The position numbers and the translations under genes were made by a program. This document shows, piece after piece, positions 48,453 through 59,505 of a stretch of 64,000 bases of DNA. The notes under the pieces are model-generated. The model was not told where the DNA came from. It was given only the letters and a program-made list of their open reading frames with translations, and did no database searches. The DNA is from an uncultured cyanobacterium (lineage in GTDB: Bacteria; Cyanobacteriota; Cyanobacteriia; Cyanobacteriales; CAWCAG01): positions 512,001 to 576,000 of the forward strand of contig CAWDOD010000003.1 in NCBI GenBank assembly GCA_963803805.1. Reading direction: 5' to 3'. Each line of letters starts with the position of its first letter. The first letter of the stretch is position 1.

Positions 48453-51400
48453 CTATTTAGCCGCTAGTGTTCGTCTTCTAGTAACCATTTGATAGGTTTC
48501 GATAATATCTCCTTCTTGCCAACTATTGAACTTATCTATGTTGATACCACATTCAAAGCCAGCGTTGACTTCTTTGACATCATCTTTCATTCGTTTGAGG
48601 GAATCGATACTTCCTTCATAAACGACTTCACCCTTCCTACGAACTCGCGCTTTACAGTTACGGACAACCTTGCCTGATTGTACATAACAACCAGCTACAG
48701 ACCCACGACCAACTTGGAAGACAGCTCTTACTTCTGTTTGACCTAAGTGTTCTTCTACTTCTTCAGGGTCAAGTAAACCTTCCATTGCTCCTTGAATGTC
48801 ATCAAGTAGCTTATAAATGATGTCATATTCGCGGATATAAACCCCTTCTCGGTCAGCGGCTTGACGAGCGCCAGTAGCTAAGGTGGTATTGAAGCCAATT
48901 ACTATGGCTCCACTAGCTGCGGCTAGATCTACATCTGTTTCGGTTATTTCACCAGGGGCAGAGAAGAGAACCCTAACTTGAACTTCGTTTTGAGGTAACT
49001 GTTGTAATGTACCGAGAATCGCTTCTACAGAGCCTTGAACATCTGCTTTCAAGATTAAGTTGAGTTCTTTAAGTTCTCCTTCTTGAGCTTTGGCAGATAT
49101 ATCTCCAAGGGTAACGCGGCGGGAAGACATCGCTTTTTGTAAGCGAGATTCTCGCTTATTATCGGAGCGATCATCCGCTACAGCCCGGGCCTCTTTTTCG
49201 CTAGCAAAAGCTTCAAATTCGTCCCCGGCGGCGGGAACATCCCCCATACCTAATATTTCTACAGCAAAGGAAGGAGTTGCTTTTTCTACTCTTTCACCTC
49301 GGTCGTCAATCATTGCTCGAATCTTACCAAAGGTTGAGCCAGCAACAATGGGATCACCAACCTTTAAAGTTCCGTTCTGCACTAATAAAGTAGCCACAGG
49401 ACCTCTGGATTTATCAAGGTTGGCTTCAATTACTGTTCCTTTGGCTAAGCGATCAGGATTTGCAGATAGTTCTTCAATTTCCGATACCAGCAAGATCATT
49501 TCCAAAAGGGTATTTAGGTTTTCCCCTTTAATGGCGCTCACTGGAACCATGATGGTGTCGCCACCCCATTCTTCAGGAACTAAACCATGTTCAGTTAACT
49601 CTTGCTTGACTCTATCTGGTTCAGCACCAGCCTTATCTACTTTATTAACCGCTACCACAATGGGAACCCCTGCTGCTTTAGCATGGCTAATGGCTTCCCT
49701 GGTTTGAGGTTGAACCCCATCATCAGCAGCCACTACCAAGATGGCAATATCTGTTACCCTTGCTCCCCTAGCCCGCATGGCAGTGAAAGCTTCGTGACCA
49801 GGAGTATCTAGGAAAACAACCTGTTGGTCAGAGCCATTATGCTCCACATCAACGTGATAAGCGCCGATGTGCTGGGTAATCCCTCCGGCTTCCCCTTCTG
49901 CTACCTTAGTTTTGCGTATAGCATCAAGAAGAGTAGTTTTACCATGGTCAACGTGACCCATAATTGTCACCACTGGAGGACGGTGTTGGAGTTGTCCTTT
50001 GTCTCCTTCTTCCACCATTTCGGTAACTTTAGTAGCAGCAGAAGTTTCTTCCGGAATTTCGACTAAGACACCTAATTCTTCTGCCACCATTTTGGCTGTA
50101 TCAATTTCTAAGGTTTCGGTGATGTTAACCGCTACACCTTTGGAGAACAACTGCTTGATTATGTCTGTTTCTGGGGTATTCAACAGATCAGCTAACTCTC
50201 TGAGAGTAAGGTTGTTGCTCAAAGTGATCATTTCTGGCAACTCTTCAGCTACTTGGCGATCGCCTTTTTTCTGCTTCCTCTCAAAGGCAGCAGTTTTGTT
50301 ACCTCCTTTACTAGGAGCAGCAGGCCTCTTTTCTTTACGTCTGCTAGGAGATGAGGTTTGCTTCGTTAAAGATTTAGGTTTAGGAGGACGAGCTACAGAC
50401 ATACTAGCTACCATGGGGACAAGGGATTTGTCTTTGTCTCCGTTCAAATCATCATCATCCTCTTCAATAATGAGAGAACGACGCTTTTTAGCAGCAGCCT
50501 TGCTAGCTTTATTTTTATTTTCTTGAATTTCCTCTTCTTCTTCTTCCCACTCTTTGCGTTTAGCCGGACGAGGAGTAGGACGTTTTAGTTTTGGTTGTTT
50601 CCTGGCTGACTTCTCTAATACTCCTACTTCATCACCAATGCTGTCATCAAAGTTATCACTACCATCCTTATCATCAGGGGTATCTAAGTCTTCCTGTTTA
50701 ACTTTCTTACTAGTTTGGGGAGGTTTTGGTAGGTTGGGCTTCTGTTGTAACTTAACCAGAGTTGGTGGAGTCGGTGCTTCTTTCTCTATTTTAACTGTAG
50801 CTGGTTTTTGAGAAGGTTTCTCCCCTTGAGGGGGTGAAGAGGTAGATTTCCTAGCCTTTTTAGGAACGGGTTTTTCTACCTTAACTGAACGGCGATTATT
50901 ATCTCGCTTTGGTCTAGGAGGGGGACCTATAAGTTGGAGAGATGCTTCTTCTTGTGTACTTATAGTTTCTTTTCCTTGGGTAGGTTCTTGCTGGGAAAAG
51001 TTTTCTTCTGGGGCTTCAACTGGCCTTAGTTCTTCAGGAGAAGAAGGAGATTTAAGCTGTTGAGTCGAAGATTTGTTTTGTCCTGATGAGGGTGGTGGTT
51101 GTAGTTTGGCAGCAGTATGAGGAGGAACAGCTAATTGCTCAGAGCTAGAGGTATCCACTTCTTTAGCGTTCAGATCCCCCTTAGAAGTGTTGCGCAACTT
51201 AGGCTGCTTACGAATTTCTAAGATTTCTTGCTTGCGCTTTTTTTGGGGGCGGACAGCTTTTAAGTTTGGGCTATTGTTTGCCCCTCCGGATGATTTAGCT
51301 CCGTCTTTGTTGTTGCCATTATTAGAAGACCGAACATAACGCTCTGCCCCTGTTTTAATCAATTCTGCTTGAGATTCGGTGATGGTGCTACTGTGACTTT

Positions 51401-51500
51401 TAACTGAAATATTTAGCTGGTCGCAAATTGCTAGAATATCCTTGTTGTCCAAATTCAATTCCTTTGATAATTCGTAAATTCTGACTTTGCCGTTGTTCAT
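48453..51500 (-). CDS. infB: Translation initiation factor IF-2
   Basis: [59 protein letters not shown]. Confidence 0.98.
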   Translation of the reverse strand: MNNGKVRIYELSKELNLDNKDILAICDQLNISVKSHSSTITESQAELIKTGAERYVRSSNNGNNKDGAKSSGGANNSPNLKAVRPQKKRKQEILEIRKQPKLRNTSKGDLNAKEVDTSSSEQLAVPPHTAAKLQPPPSSGQNKSSTQQLKSPSSPEELRPVEAPEENFSQQEPTQGKETISTQEEASLQLIGPPPRPKRDNNRRSVKVEKPVPKKARKSTSSPPQGEKPSQKPATVKIEKEAPTPPTLVKLQQKPNLPKPPQTSKKVKQEDLDTPDDKDGSDNFDDSIGDEVGVLEKSARKQPKLKRPTPRPAKRKEWEEEEEEIQENKNKASKAAAKKRRSLIIEEDDDDLNGDKDKSLVPMVASMSVARPPKPKSLTKQTSSPSRRKEKRPAAPSKGGNKTAAFERKQKKGDRQVAEELPEMITLSNNLTLRELADLLNTPETDIIKQLFSKGVAVNITETLEIDTAKMVAEELGVLVEIPEETSAATKVTEMVEEGDKGQLQHRPPVVTIMGHVDHGKTTLLDAIRKTKVAEGEAGGITQHIGAYHVDVEHNGSDQQVVFLDTPGHEAFTAMRARGARVTDIAILVVAADDGVQPQTREAISHAKAAGVPIVVAVNKVDKAGAEPDRVKQELTEHGLVPEEWGGDTIMVPVSAIKGENLNTLLEMILLVSEIEELSANPDRLAKGTVIEANLDKSRGPVATLLVQNGTLKVGDPIVAGSTFGKIRAMIDDRGERVEKATPSFAVEILGMGDVPAAGDEFEAFASEKEARAVADDRSDNKRESRLQKAMSSRRVTLGDISAKAQEGELKELNLILKADVQGSVEAILGTLQQLPQNEVQVRVLFSAPGEITETDVDLAAASGAIVIGFNTTLATGARQAADREGVYIREYDIIYKLLDDIQGAMEGLLDPEEVEEHLGQTEVRAVFQVGRGSVAGCYVQSGKVVRNCKARVRRKGEVVYEGSIDSLKRMKDDVKEVNAGFECGINIDKFNSWQEGDIIETYQMVTRRRTLAAK

Positions 51501-52237
51501 CCACTATGCCCCGTATTGTTTTGCAGTTGTTTTTATTCCATGAGCAATAAAATTTTGTTCATTTTTGTTGCTTGTTTTATGGTGAAGACTGAAATTCTGA
51601 CATTACCTCGTCATAAAAAGTTAATAATAAATTTGTTTGGGCTAGGGCCTCCTACTTAAAATCTATTTTAAAAAACAGCTATTTTACTTAATTATTACCA
51701 AACTAGGGAAAAAACCTAAAATTTTAGTCTATCTGTTATGAGAGCTTATTTAGCTAATGAAGATTACTAAGTTTAGTGATTTTAACCTTTTTAGTTTACT
51801 TCAAGGGCCTAAGCTTAATTCCAGGATAGAAAGAAAATCGTCTAGTTGGCAGCTTTTTTGCTCTACTATTACCCGTTAGTAGCGGCACTAGGTGACTATA
51901 GAATTTATAACTCTACCACCTTCTCTCTACTAAGTCCTCAATGACTGAATATATATATATTATTCCTGTTCGACGATGTCCTCAGAAGTAATATTTCTTT
52001 TGTTCCGAGTAACTACGGTTTTTTGAGAGTAGTTGAGAGAAGTTATCCTTTTACTATTTTAATACCTAAGTTAGCTAAGGGACTTGCCGTTTGATAATCT
52101 GCCAATTATTTGGCTACTCCTTCAAGAATTTGATGTAAGAGCTGGTATTCTATATTTTGCCCCAGTCCCTAACTGCTAAAAGAGCCATACTATCGATAAT
52201 TGGTAGAACATTTGGGTTTCATGATTAATAACTATTG

Positions 52238-53749
52238 TTATTCTGTCCACTTTTTACCTTTGTCAGCAGCTTTAGGAGGTCTAACTTTTGGGGTTTTATA
52301 ACTTACGGGGGAAGGTAAAATCTCTAATTGTTTAGGTTTATTTTTATTGACTTTTTTGGGTTTGGTTACTACGGCTTGAGTATTTTTCCCTCTTCTTCTT
52401 TGGGAAATTCCTTCTTCGCTCGTGTCTTCTGTAACTACCTCATAAAGCAAAGCCAATTTTTCTCCTGTGCTTCCTCGGCGCAATACTCTACCTTTGCGTT
52501 GAATAAATTCTCGCTCTGAACTAGTCCCGGATAAAATAATAGCGATCCCCGCATCAGGTACGTCTACCCCTTCATTAAGGACATGGGAAGCAATTAAAGT
52601 TTTATACTCCCCTTCTCGAAAACGAGTGAGGATATCATGGCGTTCTTTTACTGGAGTTTGGTGAGTTATAGCGGGGAGCAGAAATTCCTGAGAGACTTTA
52701 TAAACCGTAGCATTATCATTGGTGAAAATAAGTATTCGCTCTGGGTAATGACGATTGATTAAATCTGTTAACACTCGCAGCTTAGCATCAGTTCCTAAAG
52801 CAATTTCTTTGGCTTCTCGGTGAGCTAACATAGCTCTTCTACCTTGAGGAGAACGGGCGCTAGCTTGGACAAATAGTTGCCAACCTTTAAGACTCCCTAA
52901 AGAAATTTTAGCTTCTTTTAAGAAATCGTTGCGAGTCTTGATTGCTTTTTCGTAAAGTTCCCTTTCTTGTTGAGATAATTTGACTTTAATTTGTACAGTT
53001 TTGTGTTCGGCTAAAGCTTGGCCAGATAATTCTTCTGGGGTTTTACTATAAACTACCGGCCCAATTAAATTATTTAAGTCTCGGTGTTTGCCATCAGAAC
53101 GATCTGGAGTTGCCGTTAATCCTAAACGATAAGGTGCGATCGCATATTCGGCGATGACGCGGTAAAAATCTGAGGGCAAATGGTGGCACTCATCAAATAT
53201 CAACAAAGCATACTGGTTCCCTAAAGCTTCAGCATGGATAGCAGCACTATCATAGGTGGAAATTAATATGGGTGTACGATCCCTTGATCCCCCCCCCAAT
53301 AAACCTATTTCAACATCAGGAAAAGCTGCTAATAACTGAGCATACCATTGGTGCATTAAATCCAAAGTGGGTACAAGAATCAAGGTACTGCGACAGGTAG
53401 ACTGCATTGCGAGTTGAGCTAAATAGGTTTTTCCCGCCGCCGTCGGTAAAACAACTACCCCTCTTCTGCCTCTTTGTTGCCACTCTGCTAGGGCCTCACT
53501 TTGGTGGGGATAAGGTTCCATCTCAAAGCTAGAAGCTAACTCTAAGGGAGTAAATTCCTTCGCTTCATCAACAAAGTTATCACCATTAGCTTGCAAAGAC
53601 TCTACTAAGGAGCGGTAATGAAGGGCTTGAATGCGAAACTTTTCTACACGATCATCCCAAGTAGCATAGTCTACCCAAGCTTTACCCCTTGGCGGTGGAT
53701 GCAGGATTAATGTGCCTCGGTTAAAGGTTAAGGTTGGGGTACGAACCAT
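52238..53749 (-). CDS. XPB/Rad25-like superfamily 2 helicase
   Basis: PYPHQ, LPTAAGKT, FDECHH, LGLTATP, VLNEGVDVP, QRKGRVLR. Confidence 0.88.
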   Translation of the reverse strand: MVRTPTLTFNRGTLILHPPPRGKAWVDYATWDDRVEKFRIQALHYRSLVESLQANGDNFVDEAKEFTPLELASSFEMEPYPHQSEALAEWQQRGRRGVVVLPTAAGKTYLAQLAMQSTCRSTLILVPTLDLMHQWYAQLLAAFPDVEIGLLGGGSRDRTPILISTYDSAAIHAEALGNQYALLIFDECHHLPSDFYRVIAEYAIAPYRLGLTATPDRSDGKHRDLNNLIGPVVYSKTPEELSGQALAEHKTVQIKVKLSQQERELYEKAIKTRNDFLKEAKISLGSLKGWQLFVQASARSPQGRRAMLAHREAKEIALGTDAKLRVLTDLINRHYPERILIFTNDNATVYKVSQEFLLPAITHQTPVKERHDILTRFREGEYKTLIASHVLNEGVDVPDAGIAIILSGTSSEREFIQRKGRVLRRGSTGEKLALLYEVVTEDTSEEGISQRRRGKNTQAVVTKPKKVNKNKPKQLEILPSPVSYKTPKVRPPKAADKGKKWTE

Positions 53750-53879
53750 TTCTTCACTTTCGCTGCCTTGGATATTTTACCAATGGCTAATTATTATTGC
53801 CCTTATCTTAACCATAAGTTGCTACAATCCAGTTATTTTAAATTATCAACAAAAAATAATTGAAGGATATTTAAGGAAT

Positions 53880-54329
53880 ATGACTGTTAGAAATGGTAGG
53901 GCAAAAGTCGGGGGATTTTGGCAGGATTTTCGTGACTTTGCCCTCAAAGGAAATGTGGTTGATTTAGCCGTCGCGGTTATTATTGGAGCAGCCTTTGGTA
54001 AGATCGTTACTTCCTTGATTGAAGATATTATTACCCCAGCAATTCTCAATCCCGCTATGGAAGCAGCAGGGGTAGATCAACTATCGGAGTTATCTTTTAA
54101 TGGTATTAAATACGGCTCTTTTTTAGCGGCTGTACTCAACTTTCTTGTGATCGCCTTGGTCATCTTCTTGATGATTCGTGCTATTGAAGGGGCGCGCAGG
54201 AAATTACAACGAAAAGAAGCTTTGGCTGAGGAAGTTTCACCGGAAGAAGCTGTAGCAGTAGAAGAAAGGTTAATTGAGTCTCTTGAACGTCTCAACAATA
54301 CTATAGAGTCTCGGAATCAAACGGTTTAA
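53880..54329 (+). CDS. mscL: Large-conductance mechanosensitive channel
   Basis: FRDFALKGNVVDLAVAVIIGAAFGKIVTSL, YGSFLAAVLNF. ATG at 53880 has an AAGGA RBS. Confidence 0.95.
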   Translation: MTVRNGRAKVGGFWQDFRDFALKGNVVDLAVAVIIGAAFGKIVTSLIEDIITPAILNPAMEAAGVDQLSELSFNGIKYGSFLAAVLNFLVIALVIFLMIRAIEGARRKLQRKEALAEEVSPEEAVAVEERLIESLERLNNTIESRNQTV

Positions 54330-54332
54330 ACT

Positions 54333-54364
54333 AAGTAGAGGCACTGCATATAGTGTCTCTACTT
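54333..54364. terminator. GTAG-type palindrome / bidirectional terminator
   Basis: aagtagaggcact-gcatat-agtgtctctactt between convergent genes. Confidence 0.65.
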
Positions 54365-54386
54365 TTAAAAAATATATCTAACCTTT

Positions 54387-54731
54387 TTATCCTACTACTT
54401 CCACTAACCGCCAGCTATTGCACTCCGAAATGGCTTTTCTGACATTTTCAAATACTTGCTGGCAGTGGTTTTGTGTTTGCAAGGGTAGTTCTTCGTTTTT
54501 AATTACCAAATTGACTCTGACAGCATCTTGAGTAGCCGTAGTCTTATCAATCAAAGCCTCTACAGTCACAAGTTGAGAAAATGCTACATTACCAGGGCGC
54601 TCACGGGCCATGAGGTAATCTATGGTTTGGTAAATAATGTTAAAATTACAAGATTCTAGAACTTCCACTAAATATTGAGGGAGGCTAGGGAGAGGGACAG
54701 AAAGAGTATAAGAACAAGTATAACGAGCCAT
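54387..54731 (-). CDS. Conserved cyanobacterial hypothetical protein
   Basis: MARYTCSY, DYLMARERPG, LVTVEALID, KNEELPL, NHC. Confidence 0.75.
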   Translation of the reverse strand: MARYTCSYTLSVPLPSLPQYLVEVLESCNFNIIYQTIDYLMARERPGNVAFSQLVTVEALIDKTTATQDAVRVNLVIKNEELPLQTQNHCQQVFENVRKAISECNSWRLVEVVG

Positions 54732-55148
54732 AATGAGAGTAACCTTATAGTGCAACAGAGCTAGACCTTGATTACAAACTTACTCCTCACAATTCAAGGT
54801 TGCGAATAAGTTTTTACTTGAGGAAGATTGTAATTTTTGATTGCTATATCCTTTACTAGCTACCGTACCTCGTGTCGGGATGAAAATCACTGGTACGAAA
54901 AAATCAAGAGTTTAAGAGAGGAAACTACTTTGCTTGCTACGATTATAGTCTTTTCTGGTCTGTAACAAGACTCTGAAAAAGAACGAAACAAAATTTAATT
55001 CTTAAATAAAAATGTAGATCCTACCTTGTAAGGCAAATATAACAACAACAATTAAAGTCTAGGTTAACAAACTTTGCCATACACAGCGATTTATGCTCTG
55101 ATTCTAACATTTAATTTTAGAGAAATAATAAAGAAGATATTTATTTCC

Positions 55149-56375
55149 TCATTCTTGTTTATTTTCAATAATTTCTAACACTGCTTTAGGGGACAATTTT
55201 TCTTTGAACCAAATAATCTGGGCTGGTACATCGGTGAATTTAACTCCTGCTTTATCTAAATTTAGACGTTCAGAAATAGCTAAGATAAGATTATCTACTT
55301 GACCACGACGTACTTGATAGAACTTTTTCCTTAAATATTCTGGCCGCCAAAAACCAATAATTTCTAATACATATATACGTCCGTCGGGATGTACTAAGCG
55401 AAAGTCAGGAATCATGACGCTACCAGGAAGAGGGATCAAATTCACTTCCCTTTCTAAAACCCATGCAGTTTTCTGTTTTTCCCAACGATTTGCAAAAGCT
55501 TTTTCTAGCATACTGTCAAAAGGTTTTCCCGGTGGATAATGGGTTACCAAACCACACTTATCATTAATACGGAAATAACCAATTTTTTTCGCTCCGGTGT
55601 AAGCATCTTTTTGTTGTAAGGTAGCTTTGAGATTCCACTTGCTAACGTGCAAGAGAGCTGGTAACATTTTCGCCATAGCTAAACCATAACGAGTACTAGG
55701 CTTAAACAAGCTAGTAGGGCCATCAATGGCAATGGTGAAGCCGTGGTCTGCATCTCCTTCTATGTAACTCATTAACTGGAAGAGCTTTAGGTAGCGGAAA
55801 AGTAACTTATACTGCCCAGGAACATTGCGATGAGCGTTAATAACAATTTCACTGGCGCGGTAAAAAATGCCCTGAACTTGAGAGAGATTGTAGCGATGCA
55901 GTAAGGCTTCAGGGGTTGGGGCTTCAAATTGAGTTAGTAGGCGATTTTCTTGCAAATCTGCGTACAGTCCGATTTGAATCTCCGGAGGCAAAATTTCTCG
56001 TTTTAGTTCCTGGGAGAGGCTGTGAGCTAAAGTTTCTAAGGTTGTTGGTCTTTGTTGTGGTGTAGGCACTGATTGAGCCGCTAAGGCGAAAACTCTTTTT
56101 CTTAGATCCGGTGGTTCTAAAGGGCTAACGATTTCAAAAGTAGAAAAACCACTTTTGAGTAGATGAGCTAATCCTCTTTTAAGCCGGTAATCAGTGCTAT
56201 CTCCTTCAAATTCTAATAGTTTTTTGTCAAGTTCTCCTTGGGTTTTTCCCTTAGCTTCCTGAAAAAAGGTAATTAGTTCTTCAGCAAGGCTAAGATTTTT
56301 GTCTTCAATAGGTATATGTTTAGGAACAATTGTCTCGCCGTTTAAGCGATTAATGAGCAAGTCTGTAGGTAGCAT
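55149..56375 (-). CDS. DUF790 / Bax1-family endonuclease
   Basis: MLPTDLL, LYADL, LLHRYNL, IDGP, FDSMLEK, and PD-(D/E)xK-like MIPDF...LEIIGFW. Confidence 0.88.
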   Translation of the reverse strand: MLPTDLLINRLNGETIVPKHIPIEDKNLSLAEELITFFQEAKGKTQGELDKKLLEFEGDSTDYRLKRGLAHLLKSGFSTFEIVSPLEPPDLRKRVFALAAQSVPTPQQRPTTLETLAHSLSQELKREILPPEIQIGLYADLQENRLLTQFEAPTPEALLHRYNLSQVQGIFYRASEIVINAHRNVPGQYKLLFRYLKLFQLMSYIEGDADHGFTIAIDGPTSLFKPSTRYGLAMAKMLPALLHVSKWNLKATLQQKDAYTGAKKIGYFRINDKCGLVTHYPPGKPFDSMLEKAFANRWEKQKTAWVLEREVNLIPLPGSVMIPDFRLVHPDGRIYVLEIIGFWRPEYLRKKFYQVRRGQVDNLILAISERLNLDKAGVKFTDVPAQIIWFKEKLSPKAVLEIIENKQE

Positions 56376-56436
56376 TTTTGAGGCGAAGGAGGAAAACTAT
56401 TGCCTATTTACTAATAGTCGTTAGCAAAAGACTAGA

Positions 56437-56688
56437 CTATTCATCTTTACCCTCTTCTTGAAGAAGCTTATCTTTTGATTCTCCCCAATAGGCACTATAA
56501 GTCCAAACTTCTTGGTTTCCTTTTTGTTCTCCCTTCCAGCGATAAATGGCTGACTTAGGATTGATTCCAACCTCAATTAATTTAGCACCCATATAATATT
56601 CAGTTTGACGCTGTTTCTTGTTTCTAATTGCTGAAGAAGCGTCACGACTCCATGTTTGAGACATATGTGCCTGGGTAGGCTTGGCCAT
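56437..56688 (-). CDS. Small conserved hypothetical protein
   Basis: MAKPTQAH, EYYMGAKLIEVGINP, YRW, WTYSAYWG; GAGG RBS. Confidence 0.7.
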   Translation of the reverse strand: MAKPTQAHMSQTWSRDASSAIRNKKQRQTEYYMGAKLIEVGINPKSAIYRWKGEQKGNQEVWTYSAYWGESKDKLLQEEGKDE

Positions 56689-56769
56689 TATTTTATTTAC
56701 CTCTTTTGTTAAACGAGAAGACTATTATTAGATTATTTCATAAATTTTATTTTAGATGTAAAAAATCAG

Positions 56770-57882
56770 CTAAATTGTCATTGGTGACTCCACATAAACA
56801 GTTGGTTCTTGTAAGACAAAATCTATCTTGTGAGTGGTTAACTTTTTGGTCATACTTTCGTTAGCTAATTCCAGTAGACGCTTACGTAGTTGAAGAGAAT
56901 TTTCACTAGATCCTAAGATAAAAAAGGTTACTCTTGCACGACTGCCTGGCTTATCTTCTGGTTCAAATAAGGTTATTTTCGTACTACCAGGGTCAATGCC
57001 AAAAAGAGAATCTGTACTTTCTTTAACCACTTGTTCTACTAAGGCACATTCGCTCTTTTCTAAAAGTTTAGCAAAGTCAAGATATAACAATACCATAACC
57101 TTTTTCCCCCTAGTTACGTTCTCAATTTCAAAATTAGCCATATTAGAATTAGGGACAATCATCAGAGTGCTTTTAGCGGCGGTACGAATTTTTGTAGAGC
57201 GTAAACCAATAGATTCAACTCTACCGAATGTACCATTGGGAAGGCGAATGTATTCTCCTGTAATAAAAGGACGATCTAAGTATAAAACAATGGTTCCTAA
57301 AAGCTGTTGTAAAGTGTTTTGAGCAGCAAAGGCGATCGCTAATCCCCCAATACCTAAACCAGCTAATAAACCGACTAAATCGATGTTCTGGCTACGGGCA
57401 AAAGATATAGCTGCGATGAAGCCGATGGTTATGTTAGCTAAGGTTTCAAAAATTAGTAATAATTCATCAACTTCTCGACCTAACTTCCTAACTAAGTTGA
57501 TACCGTAAATACGGACAACTTGTTTTAATAAACGAGAAATAACCCAAGCGAGGCTAATAGTTACTGCCAAATCCAGGAAGAACTTAAGAAAATTATATAA
57601 CCCTTCATAGGTTTTGAGCCAAGAGAAGGATAAGTAAACTAAAATTAGAGTCCCAGCAATTTTGACTGAAGGTGCAATAGGAGTGATTATGCTTGTATAA
57701 ATGTCTTTTCCCTGTTGAGGAAACCAGCGGTAAACAATGATCCTCACCAGAGTAGGAGTGAATCTTCCTACTAAAATTGCCAACAATAGGAAGCTTAAGA
57801 AAACAGCATAATTAGGAACATTATAGTCAGAGAGTATCGTTTTAAACTGACTAATATTATCCTGAAATTGGGATAAATCCAT
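56770..57882 (-). CDS. MscS-family mechanosensitive channel
   Basis: GIGGLAIAFAAQ, DRPF, GRVESIGLRSTKIRT, VPNS. Confidence 0.92.
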   Translation of the reverse strand: MDLSQFQDNISQFKTILSDYNVPNYAVFLSFLLLAILVGRFTPTLVRIIVYRWFPQQGKDIYTSIITPIAPSVKIAGTLILVYLSFSWLKTYEGLYNFLKFFLDLAVTISLAWVISRLLKQVVRIYGINLVRKLGREVDELLLIFETLANITIGFIAAISFARSQNIDLVGLLAGLGIGGLAIAFAAQNTLQQLLGTIVLYLDRPFITGEYIRLPNGTFGRVESIGLRSTKIRTAAKSTLMIVPNSNMANFEIENVTRGKKVMVLLYLDFAKLLEKSECALVEQVVKESTDSLFGIDPGSTKITLFEPEDKPGSRARVTFFILGSSENSLQLRKRLLELANESMTKKLTTHKIDFVLQEPTVYVESPMTI

Positions 57883-57885
57883 AGA

Positions 57886-58989
57886 TTAGATTGTAATGGG
57901 GGAATCTACATTAATAGTTTTCTCTTCTAATTCAAAGGCAATACCATATTCTTTTAACTGCTTGGTGATATTTTGATTGGCAATGTCTAAAAGCTGGCGA
58001 CGTAAATCCATAGAAACTTCCCCTGAACCAAGAATAAAAAAGTTGATTTGAGCTTGGGTGATCTTTTTTTCTTCTTCGTTAACTAATTCTTTGAAAACGA
58101 CTTCTGTACTACGAGAATCAATGCCAAAAATATCCGTAGTGCTTTCAAGAATAACTTGTCGAATAAAGGCTCTTTCTTCTTGAGGTAGAGAGCGATAAAA
58201 AGTTAAGTAGATAAGAGAAATAACTTTTTTTGCCCCTGTGAAGTTCTCAATATTCATCTGTGTCAGAGCATTATTAGGAACAATCATTAAAGTGCCTTTA
58301 CCCGAAGTTCTAATTTTAGTAGAACGTAAACCAATAGATTCTACTCTACCGAATGTACCATCAGGTAAGCCAATATAATCATCAGCAACAAAAGGACTAT
58401 CTACATATAGAACAATACCACCTAGTAATTGTTCTAAAGTTTTTTGGGCTGCAAAAGCGACAGCTAATCCCCCTACTCCTAAACTGGCGAGTAAACCCAA
58501 GATATTAATTTTATGGGTTTGGGCAAACAGAAAGACAACAAGTAAAATAATTACTGTGTTAGCTACTAGTTTAGCTAAGATGAGTATTTCGCTATTAACT
58601 TTCCGCTTGCTTTGTATAGCCGCATCTAATAAGTAAAGCTCAAAGAAACGCCTGAAAAGTTTAGAACCAAGCCAAATAAAGATAGTACTTAAACTCAGAC
58701 TAATTGGTATTTCAATTGACTCAAACCAATCCGGTGTCGAAGTAATTAAAATAGCTAAATCTGTAAAGGTGAGAAGGGCTACTACAACTAACCAGCCTTG
58801 ATAGGGTTGAAATATTTTTTGGTATACTTCTTGGTATTGAGGAGAAAATAATCGTTTTATTCTCTGATACAATTTATTGCCCAAATAAATAATGACAAGA
58901 ATCGAAATGATTCCTGTCAAAGTTGATAAAGCAGCTAATAAAATTGGCTGGCTTTTAATAGTTGATAACACAGCATTAATCATCAACAA
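57886..58989 (-). CDS. MscS-family mechanosensitive channel (tandem paralog)
   Basis: GVGGLAVAFAAQ, GRVESIGLRSTKIRT, VPNN; shared C-terminal V(E/D)SP(M/I)TI. Confidence 0.92.
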   Translation of the reverse strand: MLMINAVLSTIKSQPILLAALSTLTGIISILVIIYLGNKLYQRIKRLFSPQYQEVYQKIFQPYQGWLVVVALLTFTDLAILITSTPDWFESIEIPISLSLSTIFIWLGSKLFRRFFELYLLDAAIQSKRKVNSEILILAKLVANTVIILLVVFLFAQTHKINILGLLASLGVGGLAVAFAAQKTLEQLLGGIVLYVDSPFVADDYIGLPDGTFGRVESIGLRSTKIRTSGKGTLMIVPNNALTQMNIENFTGAKKVISLIYLTFYRSLPQEERAFIRQVILESTTDIFGIDSRSTEVVFKELVNEEEKKITQAQINFFILGSGEVSMDLRRQLLDIANQNITKQLKEYGIAFELEEKTINVDSPITI

Positions 58990-59051
58990 ATACCTCTATT
59001 TGCTATTAATCTTCCCTGATCAATGACCAATGTCTGTATGTTCCCAAAAAA

Positions 59052-59492
59052 CTAATTAGGTGCTTCTCCCCCAACACTAATACCTGTGTTGAAAATTTGA
59101 GCGCCAGTTAGATTCAGATCTTCCATAGATGCACCTGAGACGTTGGCATCATAGATAATAGCATTTCGTAAGTTGACTTCATCTAAATCAGCTTGTTTAA
59201 AAATAGCGTTAGTGAGGAAAGCTGCTGTAAGGTTAGCACCTTCTAAGTTAGCACCTGTGAGGTCAGCACCTTCTAAGTTAGCTTCAATCAGGTTAGCACC
59301 TTCTAGGTTAGCATCCCTTAAATCTACTCCAATAAGATGAGTTTGAGATAAATCAGCCCCAGAGAGATTACAGCCTACACAAGCCCTCGTATTCATTAAT
59401 TGTTCAATGTGTGAAGGGTTAGCCGCTTTAGCTGGGCTGGTGAAAAATAAAGGTGTGAGGGCAGCAAGGGCGGCTAAAAGGTTGATTCTCAT
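59052..59492 (-). CDS. Exported pentapeptide-repeat protein
   Basis: Signal peptide, CVGCNL, A(N/D)LxG repeats. Confidence 0.92.
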   Translation of the reverse strand: MRINLLAALAALTPLFFTSPAKAANPSHIEQLMNTRACVGCNLSGADLSQTHLIGVDLRDANLEGANLIEANLEGADLTGANLEGANLTAAFLTNAIFKQADLDEVNLRNAIIYDANVSGASMEDLNLTGAQIFNTGISVGGEAPN

Positions 59493-59505
59493 GTCTAGAT
59501 TGGTT

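Noticed and set aside
48489-50811. Several plus-strand ORFs (up to 205 aa) antisense to infB, and similar shadow ORFs elsewhere
   Set aside because: They lie wholly opposite well-supported genes and have no motifs; these are codon-bias shadows.
51889-51903. taggtgactatagaa resembles the SP6 promoter
   Set aside because: It lacks two core bases and there is no other vector or phage sequence; treated as coincidence.
53712-53879. N-terminal extension of MscL given by the ORF track
   Set aside because: It overlaps the helicase start; the ATG at 53880 with an RBS matches the normal MscL length.
59230-59320. Repeated ggttagcaccttctaagttagc units
   Set aside because: These are coding repeats of the pentapeptide protein (ANLEG), not CRISPR.
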